From Octopus vulgaris (Eukaryota), in the NCBI GenBank assembly GCA_951406725.2, contig OX597818.1, positions 107,260,001 to 107,324,000 of the forward strand: DNA of 64,000 nucleotides, in the 5' to 3' direction. The position numbers and the translations under genes are program-made. Under the pieces are notes generated by a model, which saw only the letters and a list, made by a program, of their open reading frames with translations, did no database searches and was not told the DNA's origin. The number at the start of each line of letters is the position of its first letter. Position 1 is the stretch's first letter. Positions 52,730 through 64,000 of this stretch are shown here, one piece after another.

Positions 52730-53270
52730 TCAACTGAAAAAGGAAAATGTTATGACTTTACTGTACCTTTAAAACTGAAGACAACCAAAACACAGACCGA
52801 GATTGTCAGACAAACTTCTGGCCAAACATTTGTGACCCAGTACATGGGCCAAAAGAACATAAAAATCACAATAACAGACACTGGACACAACAGGGATCCA
52901 TGCCTCCGAGTGCTTTTTGTGTTGCTGTATTGGAAAATGGTCAAAACAGGCTTAATAAAAGTGATATGCAGTCAGAGGTGTCAATAGACTTCCAAGTTCT
53001 AGTGGTCCTCGTTGGCCACAGAGTCACATCAGAACTGTGTCAAATAGAACATACAGAGACAAGAAGTATGAGATTGACGATTAAGTAGGATAGAAAGCCT
53101 AGTTGTTAAAGTTGTTGAAGTAAGACACACGTTGCATGACCAAAAGAACTGGGAAGGTTATGCAAAAACATGGGAATTGAAAATTAGGATAAGTAATGGC
53201 TAAAAGAACAACAAAGCACAGCACCAAGAATACTACCAGCCAAAAGTCTGAGAACAGCAAAAGAAACATC
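52730..53270 (+). mobile_element. Second L1/Tx1-type ORF1 remnant
   Basis: GKCYD, EIVR, FVTQYMGQKNIKITITDTGH and RKPSC*SC*SKTHVA (CCHC knuckle). Differences from the 48.9-kb copy include synonymous changes in the plus frame. Confidence 0.7.
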
Positions 53271-54787
53271 TTTTTCATACACACGTAAATGATGGGTTTA
53301 TTTCCATTTCTGTCGACCAAATTCACTGACAAGCCTTTGGTTGGCCCCAGGCTATAGTAGAAGTCACTTGCCCAAGGTGCCATACAGTGGTACTGAACCC
53401 TAAACCATGTGGTTAGGAAGCAAACTTCTTACCTCACAGCCATGAAGGCACCTTTCATCATGAATAGTCTTGAACTGATTTTAGAAATTCTATCCAAAAC
53501 TTTATAATGCTTCTTTATAAGGTGGCAAACTAGCAGAAAGTTTGGCACACTGGGTGAAATGCTTAGCAGTATTTCGTCTGTCTTTATTCTCTGAATTCAA
53601 ATTCTGCTGAGGTTGACTTTGCCTTTTATCCTTTTGGGGTCGATAAATTAAGTACCTGTTGTGTACTGGAGTCGATCTAATCGACTGGCCCCTCAAAAAG
53701 TTCAAGCCTTGTGCCTTGAATAGAAAGGAATATTTATTTATTTTACTCTCTTCTCCAAGTTTAAATAACACCATTGGTATTGGTTATCAAGGTAGCAGTC
53801 AATAAATTAGTACCAGTCATTTACTTGGGGCCATTTAATGGAGTCTGCCTCCCTTCTCTACTAATTTGTGAAATGTAAGAAATTAATAATATTAATTGTG
53901 AGATTAAGTTGCTCTTAACTGAGAATATCATAAGATTTACAATCGAAAGGCAATTAGTATATATTATCATAGAATTTGATGGAAGTTTCCGACTAAATGA
54001 AGCAGAAGTGACAACAGTATCACTAACAACAACAATAAATAACAATAAAAATAAATGGAATTACAACAATAATAACAACAAATATGATGACACAAAAACA
54101 AAATGAAAACAAAGAAATATAACCAGAAGGAAAAACAAAATGAAATTGTGATATTAAGGAGGAGGAGGAGGAGGAGGGGGAGGGGGAGGAAGAGGAGAAG
54201 AGGAAAAGAGAATCTTGGGAAATGATGGGGAAGAAATGGTATTGACTTTCTTTACTTAAAATCTCCCACCTAATGTCAAAGTACTAATGATAATAAATCA
54301 CCACCTTTGTTTGTTTGTTTGTTTTCTTTTTCAAATACTTTCTCACTTTGCTATCCTTCATTATTTTTTTTCCTGATCTTTTTTTGTTTTTTTTTTCTTT
54401 ATTATTTTAATTTATTTTGTTTTTATCTTTTTTTCTTTCCCTGAAAGAAAATGAGCAAGTTGACCAGTGCAGCAGCTTCAGTTTGTGGCAAGATGTTGTT
54501 TAATTAATACTTCACAGTCGATTTGGTGAAATAATTTATAGCTTTGAAAAGCATTAAGAAGGCAACAACAACTACAATAACAATATTGGTAATAATAACA
54601 ACAAGAATAATAATAATAAGGATGATGATGGTGATAACAACAACAACAAAATAATAATAATTATAATAGAATCTAAATTTTAAAAGTAAAGTCTGTATTG
54701 TTAGCTTCAAGATTTATTTCAGGGCCTAATTAAATGGTGAGAGAAGAAGGTGTGAAAAAGAAACTGTTGTTATTGCTGTCGTTCTGA

Positions 54788-54838
54788 AATAATAATAATA
54801 ACAATAATAATAATTATTATTATTATTATTGTTATTGC

Positions 54839-54890
<52 letters not shown>

Positions 54891-54995
54891 GTTGTTGTTG
54901 TTGTTGTTGTTGTTGTTATTATTGTTGTTGTTGTTGTTGTTATTATTATTATTATTATTATTATTGTTGTTGTTGTTGTTGTTGTTGTTGTTATT
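54788..54995. repeat. Compound (AAT)/(TAT)/(TGT) trinucleotide array
   Basis: Directly visible; source of the poly-L and poly-I ORFs. Confidence 0.95.
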
Positions 54996-55504
54996 ACCAT
55001 TATTTCAAATAGAAGTTGTTAAAATGGCAGTTTTAGAGCTCATACAGGAATATAATAGATTAGGTGATGAGAATGACAGAAGAAAGTGACCAAGATGGAA
55101 AGTAAAACACCATTTGATTAGTCTTTTAATGGAATGTCTGACTAAACCTAATCATCACGAATCTTTTTAAAAAAATTTTTGTTTGTTTTTTTTTTCTGTC
55201 CCACCCCATCCCAGCCCTAAGTTTTCAGATTTGAATGTGTGCATGTTAGGGATTTTTTTTTCTGGGTGCAATTATTTCCTTCCCACACTAACAATTGCAC
55301 ATCTCTCCAAGTGACAGAAAGTTATATTATTCCTGGATTGCTTTCCTTGCAATAATTATAATAACTTTGGTTCTTTAAAAATAGTTTCGCATCGTAATTT
55401 TGGAATCTCTGATGTTTAATTAGAATTCTTGTAAATGTTACTGTGAGAAAAGTTTTCTGTGGCAGGGATTCTCTGCCCATTATATGCAACTCTTAATCAA
55501 AGAT

Positions 55505-55941
55505 GAGACTTGCTTGTCAGTTGCTTGACCGTAACCAGCTGAGCTTGTCCCTTGGTGGCTGACGATATGTGCATCTCTGATCACAAGCAGGAGTAGTCGG
55601 GGAGCATCATAGCCATGTGTTGAGAGGAATTCTTTGGCATTTGAGTAATTCACCTCTGAAAACATGGATGTTTTGTTCAACATCCTTAAACAATCCTTAT
55701 TCAGGGACCTTTTGAGTGGGATGGGCTACTCAACCTGAAGAAAATTCTAACTAAGCCCCACCTGCAAGGTCATGCACTCTTTATCTTGATATGAGATCAC
55801 CATGTCATACACCTATAGTTGTGATGCATGTGCCTGGTGTACCCTTATCAGACGGGTAGTCATAATGGTTACACTGGGCTTTGTATATTTTAACTCAGTG
55901 TCACTTTGATGGAATGCATTGCTCTCTCACTCCGTAATAAT
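55505..55941 (+). mobile_element. Non-coding retroposon 3' region ending in (TAA)n (probably R4/Dong-type UTR)
   Basis: GC-richer block ending CTCTCTCACTCCG-TAATAATAA, which I recall as a common octopus repeat. The family assignment is inferred from the tail. Confidence 0.55.
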
Positions 55942-55957
55942 AAAAGTAGTAGTAATA

Positions 55958-56363
55958 ATGAGAATAGGAAGCCAGACATAGTCTTAATTGAGAAAGAAAA
56001 CAAACTATGCTGGATCATAGATATAGCATGCCCAGCTGACAACAAGGAATGCGATAAGGAAGAAAGAAAAGTCAAGAGATATGACAGGTTAGCTTGGGAG
56101 GTTAAGCAGTTGTGGTTGAGGAAAAAGGTGGTAGTAGTACCATTAATTGTTGGAGCCCTGGGAACAGTGAGTAAAAATTTTGAGAAGTACATGGAACAAA
56201 TAGGGGCTGCAATAAGGGTGGAGCACTTGCAGAAAACAGCACTGCTTGGAACTGCTCGAATACTCCGAAAGGTGCTCGAAAGATAAGAGGTGTTACCTTA
56301 GTTCACTGGTAGTGAACAGCTGACACCGTAGTACTTCTCCAGCATTAGAAGCTGTGCAAAGGC

Positions 56364-56421
<58 letters not shown>

Positions 56422-56431
56422 GTAATAATAA
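55958..56431 (+). mobile_element. R4/Dong-type non-LTR 3' end: restriction-like endonuclease, 3' UTR and (AAT)n tail
   Basis: Open frame ENRKPDIVLIEKENKLCWIIDIACPAD..KEERKVKRYDRL..VVPLIVGALG..LQKTALLGTARILRKVL* to 56286; inserted in a TAA-rich tract. Confidence 0.9.
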
Positions 56432-56440
56432 TTTATTATA

Positions 56441-56760
56441 ATCATCATCATCATCATCGTTTAACGTCCGTGCATGGGTTGGATGGTTCGACCAGGGTCT
56501 TGGAAGCCAGAAGGCTGCACCAGGCTCCAGTCTGATCTGGCAGTGTTTCTACAGCTGGATGTCCTTCCTAACGTCAACCACTCTATGTGTGTAGTGGGTG
56601 ATTTTTACGTGCCACCGGCACAGGGGTCACAACTACAATTTCCATTGATTTTTGATGTTGATGTACTTGACTCAATAGGTCTCCTCAAGCACAGGGTTGA
56701 AACGGTGTTTCTTTACTTGCCACCTGCACTGGAGTCAGTCCAGCAGTACTGGCAATGGCA
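56441..56760 (-). mobile_element. RTE 3' end fragments
   Basis: (ATC)n-GTTTAACGTCCG...TTTCTACAGCTGGATG. Further copies at 57800-57990(-), 61425-61490(+) and 61895-62123(+). Confidence 0.8.
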
Positions 56761-58115
56761 AGGCCTGCAATTTCAGTCTGGTACATATTTTCGACTGCTA
56801 CTTATTTTATTTAAACCTAAAGGATGAAAATCAAACTCAACATTGCTGGAATTTGAACTCAAAACATAAAGATAGATAAAATGTCGTTAAGCGTTTTGCC
56901 CAGTAGGCTAACGATTCTGCCCACTTGCTGCCTTGATGATGATGATGATGATGATGACGACGATGACTGCAATGATGATAACAATGATGAAAATGAAGAT
57001 GATGACAATGTTCACAAGGAGAAGGAGGAGACAGAAAACAGTCTTGTTGAAATTTAAGGAGACAGATGTTGGAAATACTCTTCCATTTTTTTTTCAAACT
57101 TTCACAAAATTTGTTTAATATCTGGAAACCTAGTTCTGAAACTTGCTGATGTTTTTATTATGAAAGGTTTAGATACATTGTAAACATAAATATAAAGTCT
57201 TTAGATAAAGTCTTTGTTATCAAAGAGACAATATTTCCTGGCAAATATTCATTATTTGGCCCCACATATGTCATTTCCCATTGTAAACATTTAAAATCTT
57301 CAGTTATTTTGGTGAAAAAATTTCATAGTAAAGAAAAAAGAGAACACACGGCAAAGTTGCTTATTTTGAAAGTATTTTGACAATACCATAAAACATTCAT
57401 GCAAATACAATAATTTCTCTGACTACTAATGTCACTTTAAAAGATGCAACATCCTATATACATATAATATTAAAATATACAAACATATATGTGTAGGCTC
57501 AGACATCTGATATTTGGTTCTATAAGAATTTAGAGATCTTTCTCTTACACCAATGCCAACATTGGCATACAGCCTTTATGAGATTCATTAAAAAAAAGTT
57601 GAAGACATTTCAATTCAAGTGCTGTCAAAATAAATGATTAGGCACAGACATGGCTGTGCGGTGAGAAGTTTGCTTTTAAACCACATGGTTCTGGGTTCAG
57701 TTCCACTGCATGGAACATTGGGTAGGTGTCTTTTAGTATAGCCTCAAACCAACAAAAACCTTTTGAGTGGATTTGGTAGATGGAAACTAGCCTTTCACAC
57801 ATCATCATCATCATCATCATCACCATCAATGTCCATTTTCCATGGCATCCTGGCATGGGTTGGATGGTTTGACAGGAACAGGCCAGCCAGAGAGCTGTCC
57901 AGGCTCCAATTGTCTGTTGTGGCCTGGTTCCTGCGGCTGGATATCCTTCCTAATGCCAACCACTTCACAGACTGTACTGGGTGCTTTTAACATGGTACCA
58001 GTACTTTTGAGCCTGCAAAGTAAGGGATGCTCAGATGGAGAGGCTTGCAGGGAATAAGCCTGAAGGCAAGGCCAACCATGTTCTACTTAAATTTTACTTC
58101 ACACATACGTATATA

Positions 58116-60725
58116 TCTTACATAAAATAGACCTGTGCATGTGTTCAGTTTCCATGCAAAAACGGTTGCATGAATTGCTTCCATACTTGGGATGCATGAA
58201 TAATTTGACCACAGATACATAACGGGATATTCAGTTTATTTATTTATTTATTTTTATTAAAACTAAATAAGGTTGTTTTATATATGTATGATTCACTTCT
58301 TAAGGTTTCTCAATGTCAACTTCCGGTATTGACATAGCAATGGCGAAATTTTCTGTTTTCATTTGCAAACCTCTCACACGCTATTTTAATGTTTTCATTT
58401 AATTTGCTATTTGCAAACAACTATGATAAATTATTGAAAGAAATATTTACTAAGTTCACAAGTTTAAATATTCTGTACAAGATAGTTTTTAATGAGCTTT
58501 TATTTATACAATTTTTTTCATTTCATGTTTATTTCATTCCTTCTTTGCAATGTTCTTTCTCCCATGCACACGTGTGTTTTTGTATGTACGTTTGTATATG
58601 CTTATGTATGTATGTATGTATGTATGTATGTATGTATGTATGTATGTATGTATGTATGTATGCATGAATGTATGTATGTATGTATGTATGTATGTATGTA
58701 TGTATGTATGTATATATGTATGTATGTGTGTTTGTATGTATGTATGTATGTAAGTATGTATGCATGTATGTATGTTTGTATGTATGTACGTATGTATGTA
58801 TGTATGTATGTATGTATGTATGCATGAATGTATGTATGTATGTATGTATGTATGTATGTATGTATGTATGTATGCATGCATGCATGCATGCATGCATGCA
58901 TGTATGTATGTATGTATGTATGTATGCATGCATGTATGTATGTATGTATGTGTGTTTTATGTATGTATGTATGTATGTATGTATGTATGTATGTATGTAT
59001 GTATGTATGTATGTACGTGTGTATGTATGTATGTATGTATGTATGTATGTATGTATGTATGTGTATGTATGTATGTATGTATGTATGTATGTATGTATGT
59101 ATGTATGTATGTATGTATGTATGTATGTGTGTTTGTATGTATGTATGTATGTACGTATGTATGTGTGCGTGTTTGTGTGTGTGTGTGCGTGCACGTGTGC
59201 ATGCATGAAGCGTTCCACAATCGTCATTTATTTCTTTCACTCTTTTGAAGATATTCATTTTTCCATTTAATCCCCATTTTAATTTTCAAAAATGTTTCCA
59301 GGAGCAATGTTCCCACTCTCTACAAGTGGAGACGAGGTAGATGTAGATGACCAGTATTCTACAGTGAAGCAAAGACGAGCACAGGTGGCCAAAATCAATG
59401 TTGAATTCTGCCATTCTGTTAACTCTACCAAGAATGTTTGCAAATATAAGAAACAGAGGTTTTGATGCTGCAACAAACACTCTTGTGCAGAATGGCAGTC
59501 AGCAGAGAAATAACAATGATGAGGATGCACAGTGTAACAGAGGAAGATAGATTAGTAGGAATGAGGCTTTTCGACTCCTCTTCAATTTTCCCATTCATGA
59601 GAGGCAACCAGCCATCATTCATCTGAGTGTCCATCTAGAGAATGGCCACAGGGTTATCTTTACACAACAAAGAGCTTTGCAACAAGTGATTTCTCCAAAA
59701 GAAACTGCCCTTACTGCCTGTCTTAAGTTGTAGCAAAGTAGATGAAAATGCAAGAAAACTCCTATATCCACAATTATCCAAGTATTATACCTGGAGAAAC
59801 AATAAATGGCACAAGACGAAACATGAGGCTGATGCTCTTGCAAAAGTTTACAGTGTCCACCCAAGCCAAGCAGAATGCTACTACTTACGCTTCCTTTGGC
59901 ATGAAGTACATGGTCCCAAATCATTCCAGGGTAAATGTGTGTGAAACTTATCGGGAAGCATGCTATCAACAAGTTTTTTTTAGAAAATGATGAGCATTGG
60001 GACTTAGCATTGACTCTGTAACCTTTTAGCAATTATACTGAAGATGTGTCAACTTGGCAGTCTCCTACAGCTTCGTATGATACATCGTGAGGACATGGCT
60101 GATGACTTGAAGTATGCAGCTCAACAGGCAAACCCAGATGTCAATATTCAGTTCTCTCTGAAACAATTTTTAATCAAACACTGATTGAAATTGAAGATCA
60201 AGTTTAGGCCTTGGAAGGCAAAACTTTGCAAGAGTCTGGCTCTGGACTACCAAAAACAAACAGCCAAATTAGTGGTTTAACTTCAAGAGTCATAACAAGA
60301 GAGACAAAGAGTGGCATCGCAGAGCTGGCTGTATTTGTGAATTAAGAATAACCTAAACTTCTTCCAGAATAATGCTGTGCATGTGACAAAATTATTTCAT
60401 TAGAAAAAAAAGCAGAGGAATTTTCTTTCTTGATGCTCCTGGTGGTACAGGTAAAACACTTGTAACAACGTTGCTTCTCTCCAAGGTAAGGCAACAAAAA
60501 AGAATTGCAGTTGCTGTAGCATCGTCTGGTTTTGCTGCCACCATTCTCCCAGGAGGACAAACTACTCATTCTGCTTTTAAATTACTGCTAAACCTGGTCA
60601 CAAATGACAGTCCAATTTGTAACACAATCAATGATTCAGGTTTAGCAGAAGTGTTGTGCCAGTGCCGCTTGATCATTTGGGATGAATGCACCATGTCACA
60701 TGGAGGGGCAATGGAAGCTCTTGGT
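58116..60725 (+). mobile_element. Helitron: probable 5' TC end, internal (TATG)n and Rep/PIF1 helicase pseudogene
   Basis: AKINVEFCHSV..VCKY, NEAFRLLFNFPIHERQPAIIHLSVHLENGHRVIF, ECYYLR, TYREAC, FFLDAPGGTGKT, AVAVASSGFAATILPGGQTTHSAFK and LIIWDECTM (59280-60725). The 5' end at 58116 is inferred. Confidence 0.9.
58580..59165. repeat. ~590-bp (TATG)n array with CATG variants
   Basis: Directly visible. Confidence 0.95.
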
Positions 60726-60859
60726 AAGATATATCTTCATTTCCCAGCTCCACATCGCTCCAGCTGGCAACTAACGGCAGTTATATGAGTGCATCTTCTC
60801 CCTGACTTATAATCTCTTAGATGACTCAAGTAATACACACACACACACACACATATATA

Positions 60860-60890
60860 CTAGCAGAGGCACCCATCATTGCCTGGGAAT
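60860..60890 (-). mobile_element. Helitron 3' terminus in opposite orientation
   Basis: Minus strand CCCAGGCAATGATGGG hairpin, then TGCCTCTG-CTAG followed by T. Confidence 0.55.
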
Positions 60891-61030
60891 GAAATTGTTC
60901 CTTATGTATTAGAAGAAAACAAACAATTTATATTGTATAGAAATTTGTTAGTCTAAATTCAATTTATTCTTCAATTGGGATACTATTTATTCTTTAATTG
61001 GGAAATCAATTCTGAATTCATAATACAAAC

Positions 61031-61122
<92 letters not shown>

Positions 61123-61139
61123 CAAAAAAAATAATAATA

Positions 61140-61420
61140 ATAAAAATACGTAAAAATACAAAAAATCATTGACAATACATAGAATGTACCACCCTAAGGC
61201 AAATATAGAACGACTTTACCTACCAAGAAAAGAGGGTGGCCATGGATTTTTACAACTGGAATTAACAATGAAGATTGCCATAATTGGCCTAAACACCTAC
61301 TTGAAAAACTCTGATGACTGGATGTTAAAACTTGTCTCAAAGCATGAAAACAAGAAAGCTTCATACTCTGTAACAAAACAGGCAAAAGAATATCTAAGTG
61401 ATTTCCAAATACAACAAATT
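61140..61420 (+). mobile_element. R4/Dong-type RT fragment next to an (AAT)n tract
   Basis: LTIHRMYHPKANIERLYLPRKEGGHGFLQLE matches HPKA..RLYLPR..GGRGL. Confidence 0.85.
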
Positions 61421-62744
61421 ACCTCTAACCCATGCATGCATAGAAAAGGGGACATCAAATGACAATGATGATGATGATGACAATGATGATAATGAGAGAC
61501 GAAGTCAATATAAGGATGATGATGACGATGACTATTTATATATGGCAGAGAATTAGGGTGAGTAATACAGTGAGTCTATTGCATTTAAGTGTTGTTATAA
61601 GACTAGGATTTTAAAAATGGGGAAACTAAAACTTCTATAAGTGTTGGTGAGTAAAGTAAGTTAGAGCAGGGCATCAAAGTTTTGAAGCATGTTTAATGGA
61701 AACCCAGCAATTTGTTTTAATGATAGAATTATAAGAAATGTCAAACGTAGATGGTGAAAAATTCTGTAAGAGGTAGCAAGGATCACAGCTGAATGTGCTG
61801 AGCATCACATATATGGTGCCACTGCATTGAGATAGATTAATTTGCATGCAACAGAATCAGTCCAAACTCACCAGCATACAAAAATATTAAGACTTATACT
61901 GGTGCCAGGAGAAAAGCCGTGGCAATGGTGCCACGTAAAAAAAATCTCACATAGAAAGCACCAAGTACACTCTGTAGTGGTTGGCATTAGGAAGGGCATC
62001 CAGCATGTAGAAACCAAAGAAAACACTACAGCCTGGCATGACTCCCGGCCTTGCCAATTCCTGTCAAACCGTCCATCCCATGCCAACATGGAAAATGGAC
62101 ATTATATGCAGCTGATGATGATGTCAGGATATTTAAAATTGCAGACCACTCCACATTTTTCTCTATTATATCAATTACACATTTATCAGCTTACACATAA
62201 GATTATATCCATACCATAAATCAAAGCTGGTCATACGAATGAGGCAGTTTCTATGGGGTTAATAGATCTGTTTAAACTCACTCTGATTTCACACTCACTA
62301 ACTTTGAAAAAGAAGGACGATGGAGATATTGGTTAATGTAATCTTCACATGGATCAGCAGTTTTCTGTCAGATAAAGATATAGGTTGATAATAATCTTTT
62401 GCTTCCTCTGATCAACATCTCATCAGCTCTGGTATGTCACAGGATACTGATCCCACCGCCACCGCCTCCGCCACCACCACCACCACCACAGTCTTTCTCT
62501 TGACCAACAGCTTCCTATATGTCCTCACCTCCAACAGCACTCACTGCTCCATGTCAGTGATGCAACCCTTCCATTCTACATGCAAGTGTCATCCACATAC
62601 AACCCAGGACCCCTTATACAAGTACTACATCCATGAATTCAGACCTCAGAAGCATTCTTCAGTGGTGGTGGTGGTGGGGAGGAAGGTCATACCATTTTTG
62701 TCTCCAGCAGCACCAAGACACAATCATTACACATATAATATGGA

Positions 62745-63250
62745 AAACAAACCAACACTGGTTGTCAAGAGATGGTGGTGGTGGGAGGGAGACAAATACA
62801 GGCACAAAGGCACACGCACACACATTCATAGATATATATGTATGTACGCATACATAATTATTTAGAGGGGACAAACAAGGACAGACAAAGGGTTTCAATC
62901 GATTACATCAACTCCAGTGCATAAGTGGTACTTATTTAATAGACCCCAAAAGGATGAAAGGAAAAGTCGACCTGGGTAGAGTTTGAACTCAGAACATAAT
63001 GCTATACAAAATACCGCTAAGCATTTCGCCCGCTGTTAACAGTTCTGCCAGCTTGCCGCGTATGTGTTTAATGTATGCATACATAATACACACACATAAT
63101 GGGCTTCTTTCAGTTTCCATCTGTCAAATCCATTCACAAGGCTTTGGTTAGCACAGGGTTATGGTAAAAATCTGTAGCCCAAGGTGCCATCCAGTGGGAC
63201 TGAACCCAGAACCATTGTGGCTGGGAAGCAAACCTCTTACCACACAGCCA
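62745..63250 (-). mobile_element. SINE family A containing a nested family B copy (62865-63058)
   Basis: A body (CCAACACTGGTTGTCAAG..GGGAGACAAA) and A head (63100-63250) flank a B copy that sits in the internal microsatellite. Confidence 0.8.
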
Positions 63251-64000
63251 CCACTCTGGTGGTTATGGCTGATATTATCTAAAGTGATGTGCTTCATTAT
63301 CAGAATACTCTCTTCTGGTGTATGGAAAGTTTCATTTGATGATGACATATTTATTCTGTTAAAATACATTATGCATTCATATATTATTGGACATCATACT
63401 GTTAAAATATAATTTCTCTTAAAATGCAGCAAAAAAAAATTATCTTTAAATACTTTTGTTCTTGAGTAATACACACTATTCATTATTCTTGTTTTAATCA
63501 TTATCATATACATCATCATCAATAATTCTAATCATCACCATCACCATCACCACAACCATCGCCACAACCACCACCACCACCACCACCACCACCATCATCA
63601 ACTCAGATAAATATCAAATTGTAATTTTTCATGGTATCATGTGTTTTAGAAGTAAATATATAAATTTTCATTGGTTTCAATATTTATCCAATATTAAACA
63701 TAATGTTTTCCTTTTTTCTTTTTGTAATATTTTATTTCGTAAATATATATTTTTAAAGAAGATACATAGATACGTTGTTATTACTGCTTGTAATGTATGA
63801 TGTTTAATGCATTTCTTGTTGAGATATCAGTTCTTTTGAAAATATGATATGGAGGATGCTTCAAGAAAGAATTCAATTCATACCCGGCACCAGATATTAA
63901 GTACAAACTCTCAGCAAAAATTAATCAGTAGATATGTGTTATTTGTCAATCACCATTCCAATTGTAAAAAGAATTCTTTTACCCTAGAACCAGTAACCCA

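Larger units (their letters stand above)
47560..52735 (+). pseudogene. Toll-like receptor relic 5 (LRRs, LRRCT, TM; TIR displaced by LINE insertions)
   Basis: Plus: RLLILNLAFC (~47711), NLGKISKFAFHQMNF (~47905), SL*ELNSNQNK, GKFN/CD/LLLWL (~48150), CLCSFSITGVVIFFLS*FIQLILDIKIW (TM, ~48380-48460), FLSMESFCKLQQHFFAVEANQRGEE (~52500) and HFY*EKL (~52715). Confidence 0.45.
57030..63890 (+). pseudogene. Toll-like receptor relic 6 (LRRs, LRRCT, TIR), split by Helitron, LINEs and SINEs
   Basis: Plus: PFFFQTFTKF/LISGNLVLKLAD..KGL (~57080-57170), YKNLEIFLLHQC (~57520), MFNGNPAIC (~61690), RLICMQQNQSKL, SDKD/I*VDNNLLLPL (~62370-62410), SKVMCFII/FWCME (~63280-63330) and ENMIWRMLQERI (~63840-63875). Confidence 0.55.

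Noticed and set aside
50150-53383. Hydrophobic minus-strand ORFs read as GPCR or PKD1 transmembrane segments
   Set aside because: Comparison of the two homologous copies shows synonymous conservation and a zinc knuckle on the plus strand, so these are antisense to LINE ORF1.
55906-56286. 126-aa ORF as a host gene
   Set aside because: It is a retrotransposon endonuclease fragment with a chance upstream ATG.
839-63412. Dozens of ORFs rich in YI, HT, CV, YVCM, poly-D/M/H/I/L/N
   Set aside because: These are translations of microsatellites and SINE bodies, with no domain content.
1-64000. CRISPR arrays, tRNA or rRNA genes
   Set aside because: No repeat-spacer arrays or rRNA-like sequence were seen; tRNA-like A/B boxes occur only as SINE heads.

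Overview
AT-rich, microsatellite-dense animal DNA. The SINE and LINE families resemble those I know from octopus genomes (recognition from memory, not checked). I find no intact protein-coding gene, rRNA, tRNA or CRISPR array, and most supplied ORFs are microsatellite or SINE artefacts. Much of the window is transposon debris: at least three tRNA-derived SINE families (several nested), RTE 3' ends, L2, CR1/Jockey-like, Tx1/L1, CRE, R4/Dong, Penelope, a Gypsy-like LTR element, hAT (Buster), mariner, piggyBac-type MITEs and a Helitron. The main unexpected signal lies in the DNA between the transposons. Translated by hand across stops and frameshifts, it repeatedly gives collinear LRR - LRRCT - TM - TIR motifs. 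This suggests a graveyard of about six very old, apparently intronless Toll-like-receptor pseudogenes plus LRR-only fragments, mostly on the minus strand left of about 41.1 kb and mostly on the plus strand right of it. Also notable are a 430-bp foldback whose two arms each carry a hammerhead-ribozyme motif, and a compact hammerhead relic at 44.7 kb. All pseudogene calls are manual motif recognition and need profile searches. Boundaries are approximate. In peptides, * = stop and / = frameshift.
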